Source: Bugula neritina (taxonomy: Eukaryota; Animalia; Bryozoa). From it: a DNA stretch of 64,000 nt. Position numbers and translations under genes: made by a program. How positions within the stretch are numbered: position 1 is the first letter of the stretch; each line of letters begins with the position of its first letter. Location: contig OZ037768.1 in assembly GCA_964035545.1 (NCBI GenBank), forward strand, positions 9,332,741 through 9,396,740. Direction: 5' to 3'. Of this stretch, positions 41,266-58,200 are shown piece by piece. The notes beneath the pieces are model-generated. The model worked only from the letters and a program-made list of their open reading frames with translations, was not told the origin of the DNA and did no database searches.

Positions 41266-42075
41266 CTAAGTTGCCCTTTTCCAAGATCCATCTTTATGTA
41301 TCTCAGGCTTGACTATAATGAGCAGCTCTCGTTCTTTTTCTAATAACTGTGTTTGTAAATAGTGTAGAACCTTGCTATTATCTCCCAGTGAGTCTGGTGA
41401 TTTTAGTTTAGAGTCAAGATTATAATAAGTATCTACAATTTTTCTTATAGCTACCCAATGTTTTCGATTGAAGCTAAGTGGTATTAAACCACCCAGTTTA
41501 TAATCTGACGGGATATTGAGAATAAATCCTTCTATGTTCTCAAGCTGGAGTTCATCAGTGTTCCTAAATAAAAGATACTAAATTACTAAAGAAAAGCTTG
41601 ATTTTGTGCTCTTCAGCAAAAAAAAAGGTTTTAAAATAAACAATTTATACAATAGGAAAATACCTTCTTTTATCAAACCAAATGACTTCATGGCCTTGAG
41701 ACTCCATAGCAGCCATTATTACATTCACATCGTAATTGCCCGTACCAAACATACTTCGGTGAGGATTGAAAAATGTACTAGGTGAAAGTCTAGAACAGCA
41801 GGTATTACAAAAATAATGTCAACTGCATACAAAAGTAGATCTCTAAGCATAATCAATTTTGTTGGATATGAAAAACAACACACTGAGTGAAGTGAAAAAT
41901 AAAGAAATATGGAAGGCACTCACTGATAACAAAGTTTATCTATGTCTTTTTGCACAAATGCTTTACGCTGAAAAAGATTATTCATAGCATGTATAGCACA
42001 GAGTTCTTTTTCCTGACGCTCGTGGTATATTTGTACTCCGCTATTAGCACTTTCAGTTTCCACTCTATTTTTCAT
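41266..42075 (-). CDS. JOSD1: Josephin-domain deubiquitinase (JOSD1/JOSD2 ortholog)
   Basis: Exons 42075-41924, 41789-41664, 41563-41266. [21 protein letters not shown] (catalytic Cys), [24 protein letters not shown] (His), YYNLDSKL (Asp). Confidence 0.93.
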
Positions 42076-42246
42076 TTTAGTCTGACTTGTAATCTTGGTC
42101 AAAATTAGCCCCATTCACAAAGTATGCTACAAATAAGTATGGATATAGCTACATTCTTATTGTAGTGAGCTTTAGCGTGTAGTGATCTTAGATTTATCTT
42201 TCCACATTTTTCGTTTAAATACAGTAATTTTTCTGCAATTATGTAA

Positions 42247-42393
42247 ACCGATCTCGTCGAAAATCGGAAGTGTGAAGGTGTCGGGACCACCGACTGGGTT
42301 CGATGGCATCTGATCGGACTCAATCGAATGCGATCGGACATGTCGGAGGCTCCAACATCTTCACGGGAACCCCGATTTTCGGACTCGATCGGT
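42247..42393. repeat. CpG-rich imperfect palindrome, probable decayed MITE upstream of the Josephin ATG
   Basis: ACCGATC..TCGAAAATCGG ... CCGATTTTCGGA..GATCGGT arms with repeated TCGG/CCGA. Confidence 0.5.
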
Positions 42394-43494
42394 AGAAGAT
42401 TCGCAAAGGGACATTTTTTCAGTACATAAGAAGGCGAGCCCACAAAGTAGAATCAGTCCACCACTGGAGCTCGTCGGATCAAGACACACAGATATACTTA
42501 CAGCATTCAATAAAGATTATTCTACTCAACACCGACAACCTATCTTGTTTCTTATATTGTGGAGTTATGCTCCCACTTAATTGCATTCTACCCACAAAAC
42601 TACTACATTATTATAAAATATTAAAGTGGCTTTTATAAATACGGATCCAAAGTTATATTTAAAATGAGTGTTCAATAATCTAAAATACATAACTCAAAAG
42701 CTAGCATGACCTTTATAATAGCTTCTCTCACAAAAGCAGAGCCTGTAGTATCAACTTAATGTAAAACATATAATACCCACTTCCAAAAATAAGGGCATCT
42801 ATTGAGCTCATGATTACAGACCAAAATCATATACTTGTATGTTACTTTTCATCCTTTTCAAAAATTTTACAACAAATATACCAGATTTTTAAAAAAAACC
42901 CACTAATATGCTAAATGTCACAGAATCAACTATCTTAATTATGCATTCATGTGCAGATACATATGTGTGTATATTCATATGCACCTCTAACACAGAATTT
43001 CACACCTGATCAGCTAAGGAACATCTGCCTGTGCTCATAGACAAGTTGGATACTAGATAACTAGAGCTTGGAGATCAAAACTTGAAAGTTGTGATCATCT
43101 CAAGGTTTTAAAATAGAGCAAAAACAGCATTTACTTGAAAACTTGGGCATAGCCTTCATTTTAAGGTGGTTGCCAGTTGCATACTCCAAGATTAAGCTGA
43201 CTTCCTTGATTAACTATACTATTGATCATATAGACCTTTTCTACCTTATATTTCCAACTATTGCAGTACATTAAATATTATTGCTGAAAGCTGTTTTATG
43301 CCATTTTTATATATGCACATAAAACACAGAGGCACACAACACACATAAAGTATCAAACACAGTATCTAATATAAAATTGTCCTTTGTGTGAAATATGCTC
43401 AATATGAAAGTTGAGTCACGTCAATTGTCCAACCAGAACTATTTAGAAAAATGCTATGAAACCATTGCACTATTTCCTACTACATTTAACTTGA

Positions 43495-44350
43495 AAGCAC
43501 CACCACCACTACTACCACCACCACCACTACTACCCCCCAACCCCGACACTACAACCACTACTACTACTACCAATACTACTACCACTACTAATCATTAATG
43601 TACTACTACCACTACTACCACCACCACTACCAGTAATAGTGGTAGTAGTAGTAGCAGCAGCAGCAGCAGCAGTAGTAGTACTAGTCAAAGTAAGTGAATG
43701 TAAATGCAACACTAACACTCAAGTCCAAAAGTTATACTAAAAATTAATACCATAACTTATAACTATAAGTATAACATTAACTATAAGTTATTAGTTAATT
43801 ATTTAGTTACTTATAGTTATAGTTACACAGTATGAGTATACGACTAAGAGTAAGTTATAGTACTAGTATTACTATTGGTATTAGTATTACACTATTATTA
43901 TTAGTATTACTATTATAGTAATACTATTAGTATTAGTATAATTATAACTTTAACTTATAGTACAAATACCACTTAAAGTTAGTATAACGTACTCTTAGTG
44001 ATGCTAATAACTAAATAAGGCTAACAATAATACTAACAATAATACTAATAGTATTACTATTACTAAAGTAATACTAATAGTAATAGACTCATACTCATAG
44101 TAATACTAATACTAATAGACTCATACTCATAGTTATAGTAATAGTAATACACTTACACTTACAGTATCAGCATGACTATGAGACATGAGCATCATTATGA
44201 GCTGAGTATTTTATACTCATACTGATAATGATACTGATAAAGAGTAAGTGTAACACTAACAGACACCTATCAAGTGACTACTGACTAGTAGTAGTAGTAG
44301 TACTAGTTAGACTTAGTGTTACTGTTACTGTTAGTGTTAGTGTTACAGTT
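43495..44350. repeat. Low-complexity triplet tract (CCA/CTA/TAG/TAA/GCA)
   Basis: Directly visible; accounts for the poly-P/T/A/S ORFs 43395-43598 and 43530-43718. Confidence 0.9.
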
Positions 44351-45028
44351 GTGACTTACTCATACTGTTATATTTATGATAACACTTAATAGTTAGACTA
44401 ATACTTGTACTAAAAGTAAATATATTATCCATACTTGTAGTAAACTTCAATTCTGGCTTAATAAAGTTTCGTTTACCCGGAAAATTTTCAATCTGAGTAG
44501 TCCAATTCACTACAAATAATTCACGTCTGTAAGAAGCTAGCGCTAAGTGCACTGAATGCAAAGAATCAACTACTGCACCAATCATTTTGCGCTCGAAAAT
44601 GGCTTAAAACAGCGCCAAGTTAGTAGTCAATGAGTGCATTGGTGCAAAAGATCTCGAGTTTAGATAACCGCGTTTATGCGAATAATGTTAATGTACTATG
44701 CCACCCCCATTCGGGTGCTACTTTTAGCTTTATTTTTTTCCGTTCCATCACTTTTAATACTAGGCTAAAGTCATTTGAAAAAAAAATTCGTACTACTAGA
44801 CAAGACAACTCTTTGAAGTAAGAACGCGTTAGCTCGTAATAAGCCCTTAATACTTGCGTAGAAATTACGAAATTAAGCCGGCACAAAGTTTGGCGAATTA
44901 CCTAGCTTTTATTCTATTGACGTGCTCAGGGTTTGGCGTGTAGTTATGGAGCAAAAGTGTCCGTCGCGAAAGGCAACACTCAGCGCAGAGTCATTTCCAC
45001 GAATTATTTTATAAGGAGCTACGGGTGA

Positions 45029-45774
45029 ATCACGGGCTTTCCATCTCAGATCGATCTGAGAAATGTGCTCAGATCGATCGTTTTTCCATGAGAGTGTCAG
45101 ATCGATCTCGCGAAGTTGCCTCCTCTTAAGTGAAGGATACTTTAAAATTATAATTTGTTCACCTATTTGAGTGATTAAAGCTACTACTGTTGAAAACAAG
45201 ATGGTAGTAGTCTAAAATTTAATCCCAGCTATAAACTATACGCAGCAAAGCTTTCAGTGTATGGTAATTTGGCCAATTTAAAATAATTAATTTTAATTTT
45301 TTAGCTTGACAGCTTATATAAAATTAATGGATGTGTTGCAGATTATTAATAAATTTACAGGACTGTTAGGCTTAAAATTACAAAGAAAATAGCTAATGAA
45401 ACTAAGTTTTGATAGTCATTTAAACTCAATTTAAATTTTCCCATTTTTTTACCTTCTACTGCATATAATTGAGTTTTCTGAATCATTGTACTGAAAGTCA
45501 AAGTTTTGGCATCTGAAAAAGTGGCTATCATGATTATTTAATACTTTGTTTAGTAATTATCAATAAGTGATCATTTTTATTAGCAGACAACATTGTAGCG
45601 CGCAGTCTTTTTCTACTTCTCAGATCGATCTGGCGTCTTTCCATGGTCTTATTGACATGAGATCGATCTGAGTTCGAGCTCTACAGACCGACCAGCTCAG
45701 ATCGACTGAGATCGATCTTTTGCGTCTTTCCATAGATCGATCTCTCTGAGATCGGTACATGGAAAGCCGGTGAC
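45029..45774. mobile_element. Harbinger-like MITE (about 745 bp) with AGATCGATCT palindromic subterminal repeats
   Basis: TIRs TCACGGGCTTTCCAT / ATGGAAAGCCGGTGA (1 mismatch); clusters of AGATCGATCT and TTTCCAT at both ends; flanks TGA/TAA (imperfect TSD). Confidence 0.75.
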
Positions 45775-47489
45775 TAAGTGTAGTAGTTTGTGATTCTAAA
45801 GTTTAGAGTTGAGGGCGTTCAATTCTAAATCCTCAATTACTGCACTCGGTCACTCCAACTCGACTCTGTTCCGGACGGCACGGATTTATAGTATGATGTA
45901 ATAGCAATGCAACGGCGATAATGTTGCACTTACATTCGTAGTATGATCAATAATCACACGCATCTTTTAAATAAAAATTATTTTCTGTATCCTACAGTAA
46001 ACTGCAGACCGCGAAATGACTTACACCGACTAAATACTTCTGCCTTCAAGTTAAAGACATGTAGCTGTGCTCTACTGTAAATCCTGGCGCGAGGGCGAAG
46101 GCTCTAATAAAAACTTAGAGTTAATGTTACAGAAGAATAGTAAGTAACAGGAGCTATTGAAAATTAAATTTGTGCTCTGATTTTATAGCTTTCAAGGTTA
46201 CAGTTCTGAAAACTTTTGCGCCTTACTTGATTTGATTCTGTTATCTGTACTTGGCAGCTGGAAACGGTGGTCTGTTCTATTTCGGAGAGTTGCCTGATCT
46301 ATCCGTTACCCGAGAGCATAATATGTTTTAGCGTTCTGCAATAGCAGAGTAGTGAAATAGCGCCCCTGTCCTACAATAACCGTTCATGTAGGAAACTGGT
46401 CAACTGTGTTACGTTGCAACACATTCTAATTATAATATTAATAATTGCTACTCTATGACTATTGTTATCATTATAATTATTTATTACTAAATCTAATACT
46501 TACTCTCAGTAATTGAAATTTTGGGAATTGTTATCATACTTTATTGTAGATTGTTTTCATCAGTGTAAATAGGAGCATGAATGATAGAATGAGAATGTTC
46601 AATGTGAAAGTTTCTTCAGATTCAGTTGACGGCCAATTTTCATTTTGATTAGGTTTTACTTTTGCCTTTTTATTCTAAAGCAAACATGAATGACTAATAG
46701 TATTAGTGTGACTAATAGTAATTTTGCTCTCTAATTTAGTAAACGTAGTTGTAAGATTAAGTAAAATAACCAGTCGTTAAATAAAATTGAATCGCAATGT
46801 CACTGTCAGTAACTGTAAGTGAGTATGAGTATCAGTATGACTATCAGTATCACTATGAGTATAAGTATTGCTATTAGATTCATTCAGTTTCGGTAGGACT
46901 AGTGATACTACAGCTATAAGTAAATAGTTATACTTAGAGTTAATGAGCCTAGTTTTAATTTCGTAAGTGTTACTATCAATATTGAGTTTGACTTCAAGTA
47001 ATAGTAAATCTATTACTATTACAGTATTAGTATTACTATTACTATTACACAGTGGACTGTAGACAAAATTGCTAGTAGTTAGACTTACTCTTAGTGTTGC
47101 ACTTACAGTTACCCTACTAAAGACGAAAACTTGCAAATATGTCGGAGTATAGACTATAAAGTGGTTAAGTTATTAATTACATATATATACAATACTTAAT
47201 GTGTATGTGCATTTCATTTATGTGTGAGTAGGTAAGGGAGCTTTATGTAATTCTAAATTGCAAATAAATCTTACGGTTTCTCAATGGTACTCATGTACTC
47301 TATATCTGGTATAAAATAAGTCGGGTCACTAACCAAGAGCAAATATATCTGTTGGAATGACCATAAAGATCAGCAAGAAATCAACAAGCTACCTTTTTTA
47401 TTGATTGACAAAGTTTAACCTTAAGCTAAGTAAATAAAAGCTCTAAAAATTGTTGTTAGAAACAAAAGTCCAACGCAAAAAATTTGGCT

Positions 47490-52018
<4,529 letters not shown>

Positions 52019-53768
52019 AACGCTCCATGTTAAAAGGCATCTTTTGTAAACACATTTATTTTTTGTAAAGATAATTTTTGGTGCCTATAGCATGCTGAAA
52101 ATAGGATCTCTAAGGATATTTGTCGCTTGAGTATAGCTTGTTCAAGTTATTCTGAAGGCATTTTTTAGTAAATCAAGAGGAAAAAGTATTTTTATGCATT
52201 ACTATGTATATGTATTACATTGGAAACTTTTCATAAAACACTAGCATATTTTTACGTAAATTAGCTCATGTTTTTTTGTAATCAGAGAAGAATTATTGTG
52301 TTTTTTAGTAATTTACATTTTGGCTTTAGAATTAAAACTTTTGTAGTGCATGCTTATGGTTAACAGCATTCATTTATCATTTTAAAAAAATTCAAATTAC
52401 TATTCAGAGTTCTCATGTTTTTTTTCTTTTTTTATGGTCATGCATCTATTCTATTGAAAATTGCCCCAGATTAATTATTCATAAAAGAACTACATGAAGT
52501 TACATTTTTGCTGTAATTTATTTAATTTCACACATAATATGTACAATGAAAATAGATACAAGATTGTTAAATTGATGTTCAACGACATTAAAAATTTAGA
52601 AAATGGAAATTTTTTGTAATGTTATCTCACTCAGGCATTGGTGAAATCTGTTTAAAATGCAGACATTTGGAGTTAAAACAACTAAGAATTAAGATATTGT
52701 GTCAACAGCCACACGTTTTACTTAACATAAGTCAATAACGTACAGAGTAAACTCAACACAACCTAATAAACAAGTTTGAGGATAGTAAAACTTTTAGAGT
52801 TGGGAGAAATTAACATTTACAAGTATACCTCAATAGAATTGTAAAGTTTTTCCAATTTCAAGCCATCAATGCTTTAGGACTAAGGTCACATATTTGTTTG
52901 CATACCTGGTGTGATTAGAAGTGGAATCTGTAGAAACTAGTACGCTCATGACGAGTTGAAAGAAAAGTCTTTTAATTCCTACAACTCATACCTTTTAGTG
53001 CTGTGAAGAGTCTGCTCAATATTCCATACTTCAATGATGGGACAGCATAATAAATCATTAACCATACCTTGCATTGAAGAGTTGTCATTGAAGGTGAGCA
53101 GTTTCAGTGCAAGGTCTCCTCTACTGCAATAATTGAATAGAGCAGATAAAATAACTTTAGTCTTTTATCGTATGCTCCCTGTAGCTACCAACATAACACT
53201 ATACCATATCTTCAGATAAAACTCGATGTAATACAAAGAAACACTTTTTTGAATATCAATAGCTGAATTTTGACAAAATATTGCAAAAAATGAGGTGTAC
53301 CTTCTAGACGTGTGTAAGTCTATGTGTATGCAACATTGAATACCTGTGACATAGAGATGACCATTGTGATATATAAACCCAACATGATAGTATGAAGGTA
53401 GACGCGGGAAGTCTACACTCTACAGTAGTAACCAACCAACTGTCATTCCGTTTAAGGCAGTCCTGTTTTGTACAACTCTCCTTATTGTATTATTTGAATG
53501 TACAAGGAGCCAGATAAATTTACGTGGACAGCAATAAAATCCAGGTTATTACAACAGCATCTTGTAGCTTACCAACATTATCATGACTATAATTGTTAGA
53601 TTGCAACCAACAAGTAAAATTTTATAATTCACCTCAATAGTGAAGGAATCAGCTGTTCAGAAGAGTGACACACGGAAACCTTGTTGCCTAAAGCAGCACT
53701 TCTTGAATAGTTAATTCACATTGTGGAGGCACTCACCTGTTAGAGTTAAAGGAAATACCAATACAGAG

Positions 53769-56616
53769 CTATTGCAAGGTTTCACTGTCTCCATTACTTT
53801 GAAGATTCAAATTCAGTTCATCATCTTGTAGGGAGCCATTTGCTCTACCCTCTGCCACATCTCTCACGAGACCTGAATCAGTTCTCCCATCTTCACTGCT
53901 CTGACCATTCAAATTGGAATCCAAATTTGACTTTTCTATATCTCCTTCCTTATTTTCAAGTTGATCTACTAGTAAAGCATGACATTGTTACTAACATAGG
54001 TACAAATTTATCTCATTATTAGGTATTAAGCATTTTCATTGTCAATTTCACTACCTTTAGTTGAATCATCTGTAATTTCACTTCTTTTTTCATTTTTTCC
54101 CGATTTCCCCATACTGCGATCTCGCTCATTGCTGCCAGCTCGAGATGCTCGCTGTGACCCCTTATCATGGCGGTCTTTAGATCGGCTTCGTCTGGATTTT
54201 TCTTTTGAGCGTCTTCTGTCTCGAGATCTTGAGCGATGTCTACCAGTTGACCTAGATCTTCGCCGATCTCGCGACTGACTTTTTCTCCTTGTCCGGTCTC
54301 TACTGCGTGAGCGTCTGCCTCTACTTCGGGAACGACGTCTCTCTCTATTATCTCTACTCCGTGATCTCCGCCTAGTTCGAGAACCTCTCCTTCCTCCCCT
54401 ATCTCTATCTCTCCGATCTCGAGAGCGAGATCGCCGCCGGGCTCGGTCACGCTCTTCACGTTTTTTGCGCTCATCTTCTCTCTGTTTCTCCATTTCAGCT
54501 TTGTGTGTTGCAATTTTCTGCCTCTTTTTCTCCTTAAACTCTTCAACTGTAGCTCTCATCTAAATTCAAGATAAAAAATAATACCCAACTGTGTACTTGC
54601 ATACATTGACTTTTACATAACAGTTGAAATATGAACTGTGCTATAGAGCCAGTACATAAATAATCATTGACGTGTAATGCGTCAAGCAAGCAATTATGTC
54701 TTACAGTCTGGGACCCACCTGAGCATAGCCCATATGCTGTTTGCCCATCAAGTGTTCTCTTTGTCGAGATTCTGCATCTCCAACAATGAGAAATGCTCCA
54801 CAGACTGGACAAACTTCCATTTGCTTTGCTTGAGATGCATGGTCAGGCCTGTCATTTGATATGTTCTCTAAATGTTGTCTCTCTTTACGAAGCTGCTCGC
54901 ACAGTTTCATCACACCTTGTGCCTCTTCGACTTTCCCCTCATTACCAAGGCGTTCGGCATTTTCAACTAAGTCATCTGTCATAATAAATTCAATTATAAA
55001 ACTAGTTTGAAACCCAAAACACATAGTGAATTGTACAAAAAAACTTTCATCAAATGTTCGTGAGTAACAGCTTCCAAATACATACTAATCTTAGTAGTAA
55101 GTTGGGTGATCTGCTCTTGCTTGGGTCCACTCGCCTGACTTTGAGGTGGTTCGCCTTCCTGAGTCATGGCTAACCTCTGATGGCCACGCTTTATCTTTTT
55201 ATCTACATCACTCACAATGTCTTCAAGGCACTCAATCCATCTTTCTTCATAGCCCATCTTCTCAAATCGACTACTCTTCTGGTATTCTCGTCTCAGCGGC
55301 TCATCATGTATAAGACTACAAGGCCCTAAGTCAGCCTTTGTGTTGGTAAACAGTTCGCTTGGACAATATCCACATAGAAAGTGCTTGCAAACCTACCAAA
55401 ACAAACAAAATTACACAATCCATTATTAGAGGCTCTGAAATTTTAAAAATACAATCACTACTATACCTTAATTACTACAAGAACTTGAAGTGATAAATGC
55501 AGGGAACTTACTGTTACTGAGCAGGCTACATAGGAAAATGAATCCTGCTGGTACAAAGGAAAATATTAAAACAAATATTAAATTCATTCAAGGATATTTG
55601 AACAAAACATCATTACTAGTGTGTATGAACAATTACTATGAACATGGTTTAAACTCATAAAACTATAATTACTCACTAAGTGAAAAAAATCACATTTTTA
55701 TCTTGTCAACAACTACAAGGGTAAGCAACTGTTCTAGATCAAGTTAATAACATAAGCATGAGTCACTAAAACATGAAGTCTTGAAAATTCAAATGGGAAA
55801 GGTGTTGGGTTACTATTACTATTAGTATTAGTCTATTAGTATTAGTAATACTAAAACTAAAAGTAATAGAATAAATAGTAATACAGTAGTAGTAGTACTA
55901 GTACCAGTAGTAGTAGTACTACTACTAGTACTAGTAACATGTGATACATTTAATGATTTATACTAATTACTATTAGTATTACAATTAGGCCTACTATTAG
56001 TATTAGTATAACTATTAGTATTACTATTATACTTAGTATTAGTAATAAGTAATACTAATAGATTATTATTATTAGTAATACTAATAGTAATAGTAATAGC
56101 AATAGTAGTACTAATAGTAAAACTAAATGTAATAGTCAACATGAACATCAACATGATGAACCTGAACTGTGAGTGTGAACATCGGTCAAACTGAAAATCA
56201 ATCATAATCATAATGATAATGACCAAGAGTAAGACTGAAAGAGTAACTGTAAGACAATGATAACGATAACCATAACATTAATGCTAATGGTAAACTCGTA
56301 ATGTGAAACTGAAAGTTAAACTAAATCTTAAAATTTAACTTCTTCATTCTGGTTCACTTTAACAGTTTAACTTAAAGTTAATGTGAATCACAATCAGAAT
56401 GAGAATCAGTCATCAACTTCAAGTTCGACATGTTTAGTTTAGCCCTTAAAAGCTCAAAGCAAAACAGTGAGCATTTACATTTCAATTTAACAAAGAATAA
56501 ATAAAAGAATTTACCTCTGCATTGTCCCATTTGATATTGCCACCTTCATCATTGGGATTGGCGTTTCGGTTACGTCCCATAAGCTCATCCAACAAAGCAG
56601 CCGCACTCGACGCCAT
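53769..56616 (-). CDS. LUC7L3: LUC7-like protein 3 (U1 snRNP-associated; two zinc fingers and RS domain), two possible C-termini
   Basis: Exons 56616-56515, 55392-55086, 54975-54719, 54559-54055, 53965-53769, or read-through to a stop at 54026. MASSAAALLDELMGRNRN, CKHFLCGYCPSELFTNTKADLGPC, MEVCPVCGAFLIVGD..HLMGKQHMGY, long RS/RD region. Confidence 0.95.
55810..56300. repeat. TAG/TAA/ACT low-complexity tract in LUC7L3 intron 1
   Basis: Directly visible (TAGTAA)n/(TACTAT)n-like sequence. Confidence 0.85.
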
Positions 56617-57784
56617 GTTTATTTACTTGACTAATACAATGAGCTCTCTATTTTAAAACGAAGACGAGAATATAGAGTTGTCTATCTCCAAAGGAAGATG
56701 ACTCCAGAGATGTAATAATAATATTATTATTATTCTAATTCCCTGAAGAACTGTTGGTATCAAATAATTATTTAATTCAATGCAATACAATGACAATATG
56801 TGACATTGCTTTGTGTGGTTTTATAAACTTGCAATATTATACAACATTATAAAGCTGTGATAGCTCATAATAAGTTCTTACAATAAATACTCATAGTGCC
56901 CACCAAGCAATAACACTTAATACAACAATAATAACAATTGTTTCTAAAACTGTAAAGTAAATTTTTATTACTTGTTATAATTTTAGCTCGCCGTTGATTT
57001 TGTCAAAGACACATTCATTGCTCAAGATAGTTAATGCTGCAATAGTATCAATTGATATGTGACATATAAACTGTCTATGCCAAGCGCTATGTTCTCAGCA
57101 GGCAGGATAGCATTGGCTGGTCCAGTAAAGTTTTACTACTTCACTTAATTAAAATATGACAGTCACAGCTCTATTTTGCTAACCAAATTTAGATTTAATC
57201 ATTGCAGTTTTATAATGCTAGAAAGTAGAAGACGGAAGTGCTATCTGATAATATAACTATATAGACTTCTTTAAATATTTGAAATTGAGCAAACAAAGTG
57301 CTATAATAACCGTAGAAGCTTGCATTTAAAGTTTTAGATACTACTAGAGTCTAGATTCTAAACAATGGATGTTCAACTTCTTCGAATCAATAGCCTCAGT
57401 GAAATGAAGCTTAAATTGGGAGAGAGGGGTGCACAGCATCGATATTTTTTGAATTAAGTTTTTTCAAATCCTAAAGATTATTAAACAACAAATCCAAATA
57501 ATTACTGAAGGCTACATATATCGGAATATAGACAGTTTATAAATGAGACCTTAAAAAAGTTGATAGAATTAACCATAACTCATCAAAATGGGCATAGATA
57601 TACATGAAGCAGTATATAATAATAAACAGTATATTATACTTATATATGTGGCTACCTGCATGTGCAGGGCTACATCCATCTAGGTGAGAAGTTAAACAAA
57701 TTTACATACAAAGCATATTTATGTTTGCATGTTCAATTTAGGTGCGTATCAGACTCCCCAAATTATAGTTAAATAATATAAGCA

Positions 57785-58200
57785 TTAGTGAAAAACTGTT
57801 GCTGTTTGCTTGAGCAATTCTCGCAATGTCAGGTTTTGCACTAGGCCTCTCTTGACACATGGCACTGATGTATTACACTTGACAGGATAAGGGGATTAGC
57901 CCAAGGATTTGGTTGACGAACAGTCTAATTAGTTCATTGTTTCTGTCATTAAAGAAGTAATGACATTCAGCAGAGGATAAGATATTCTTCTTGCAATTAT
58001 ATTTTTGGCAAGTAAATACTCCTTACTGAAGTTTTTTATGTGGGCAGAACTTATCCACAAAATATGTTCCCAATACCCAAAAAACATTAAAAAATAAACA
58101 CGTTTCAATATTGCATTCATCCAATATATGGCAAAGAACAAGCTATTAAGATAACAATATGGAATGTTCAGTGTCAGCGAATCTCATTCCGGTTAAGATT
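57785..58200 (-). pseudogene. Possible fossil hAT (Charlie/SCAND3-type) transposase C-terminus
   Basis: Frameshifted minus-strand fragments GYWEHILWIS, VITSLMTETMN*LD and KPDIARIAQ..QQQF..H* resemble the hAT dimerisation-domain tail. A Charlie-like end CAAGGGGTGCCCAGCC lies at 58622. Confidence 0.35.

Noticed and set aside
43395-43718. Poly-Pro/Thr/Ala/Ser ORFs
   Set aside because: Translations of triplet microsatellites with no splice or homology support.
54019-54546. 175-aa alternative-frame ORF and antisense ORF over the LUC7L3 RS exon
   Set aside because: Expected by-product of stop-poor RS-repeat codons.
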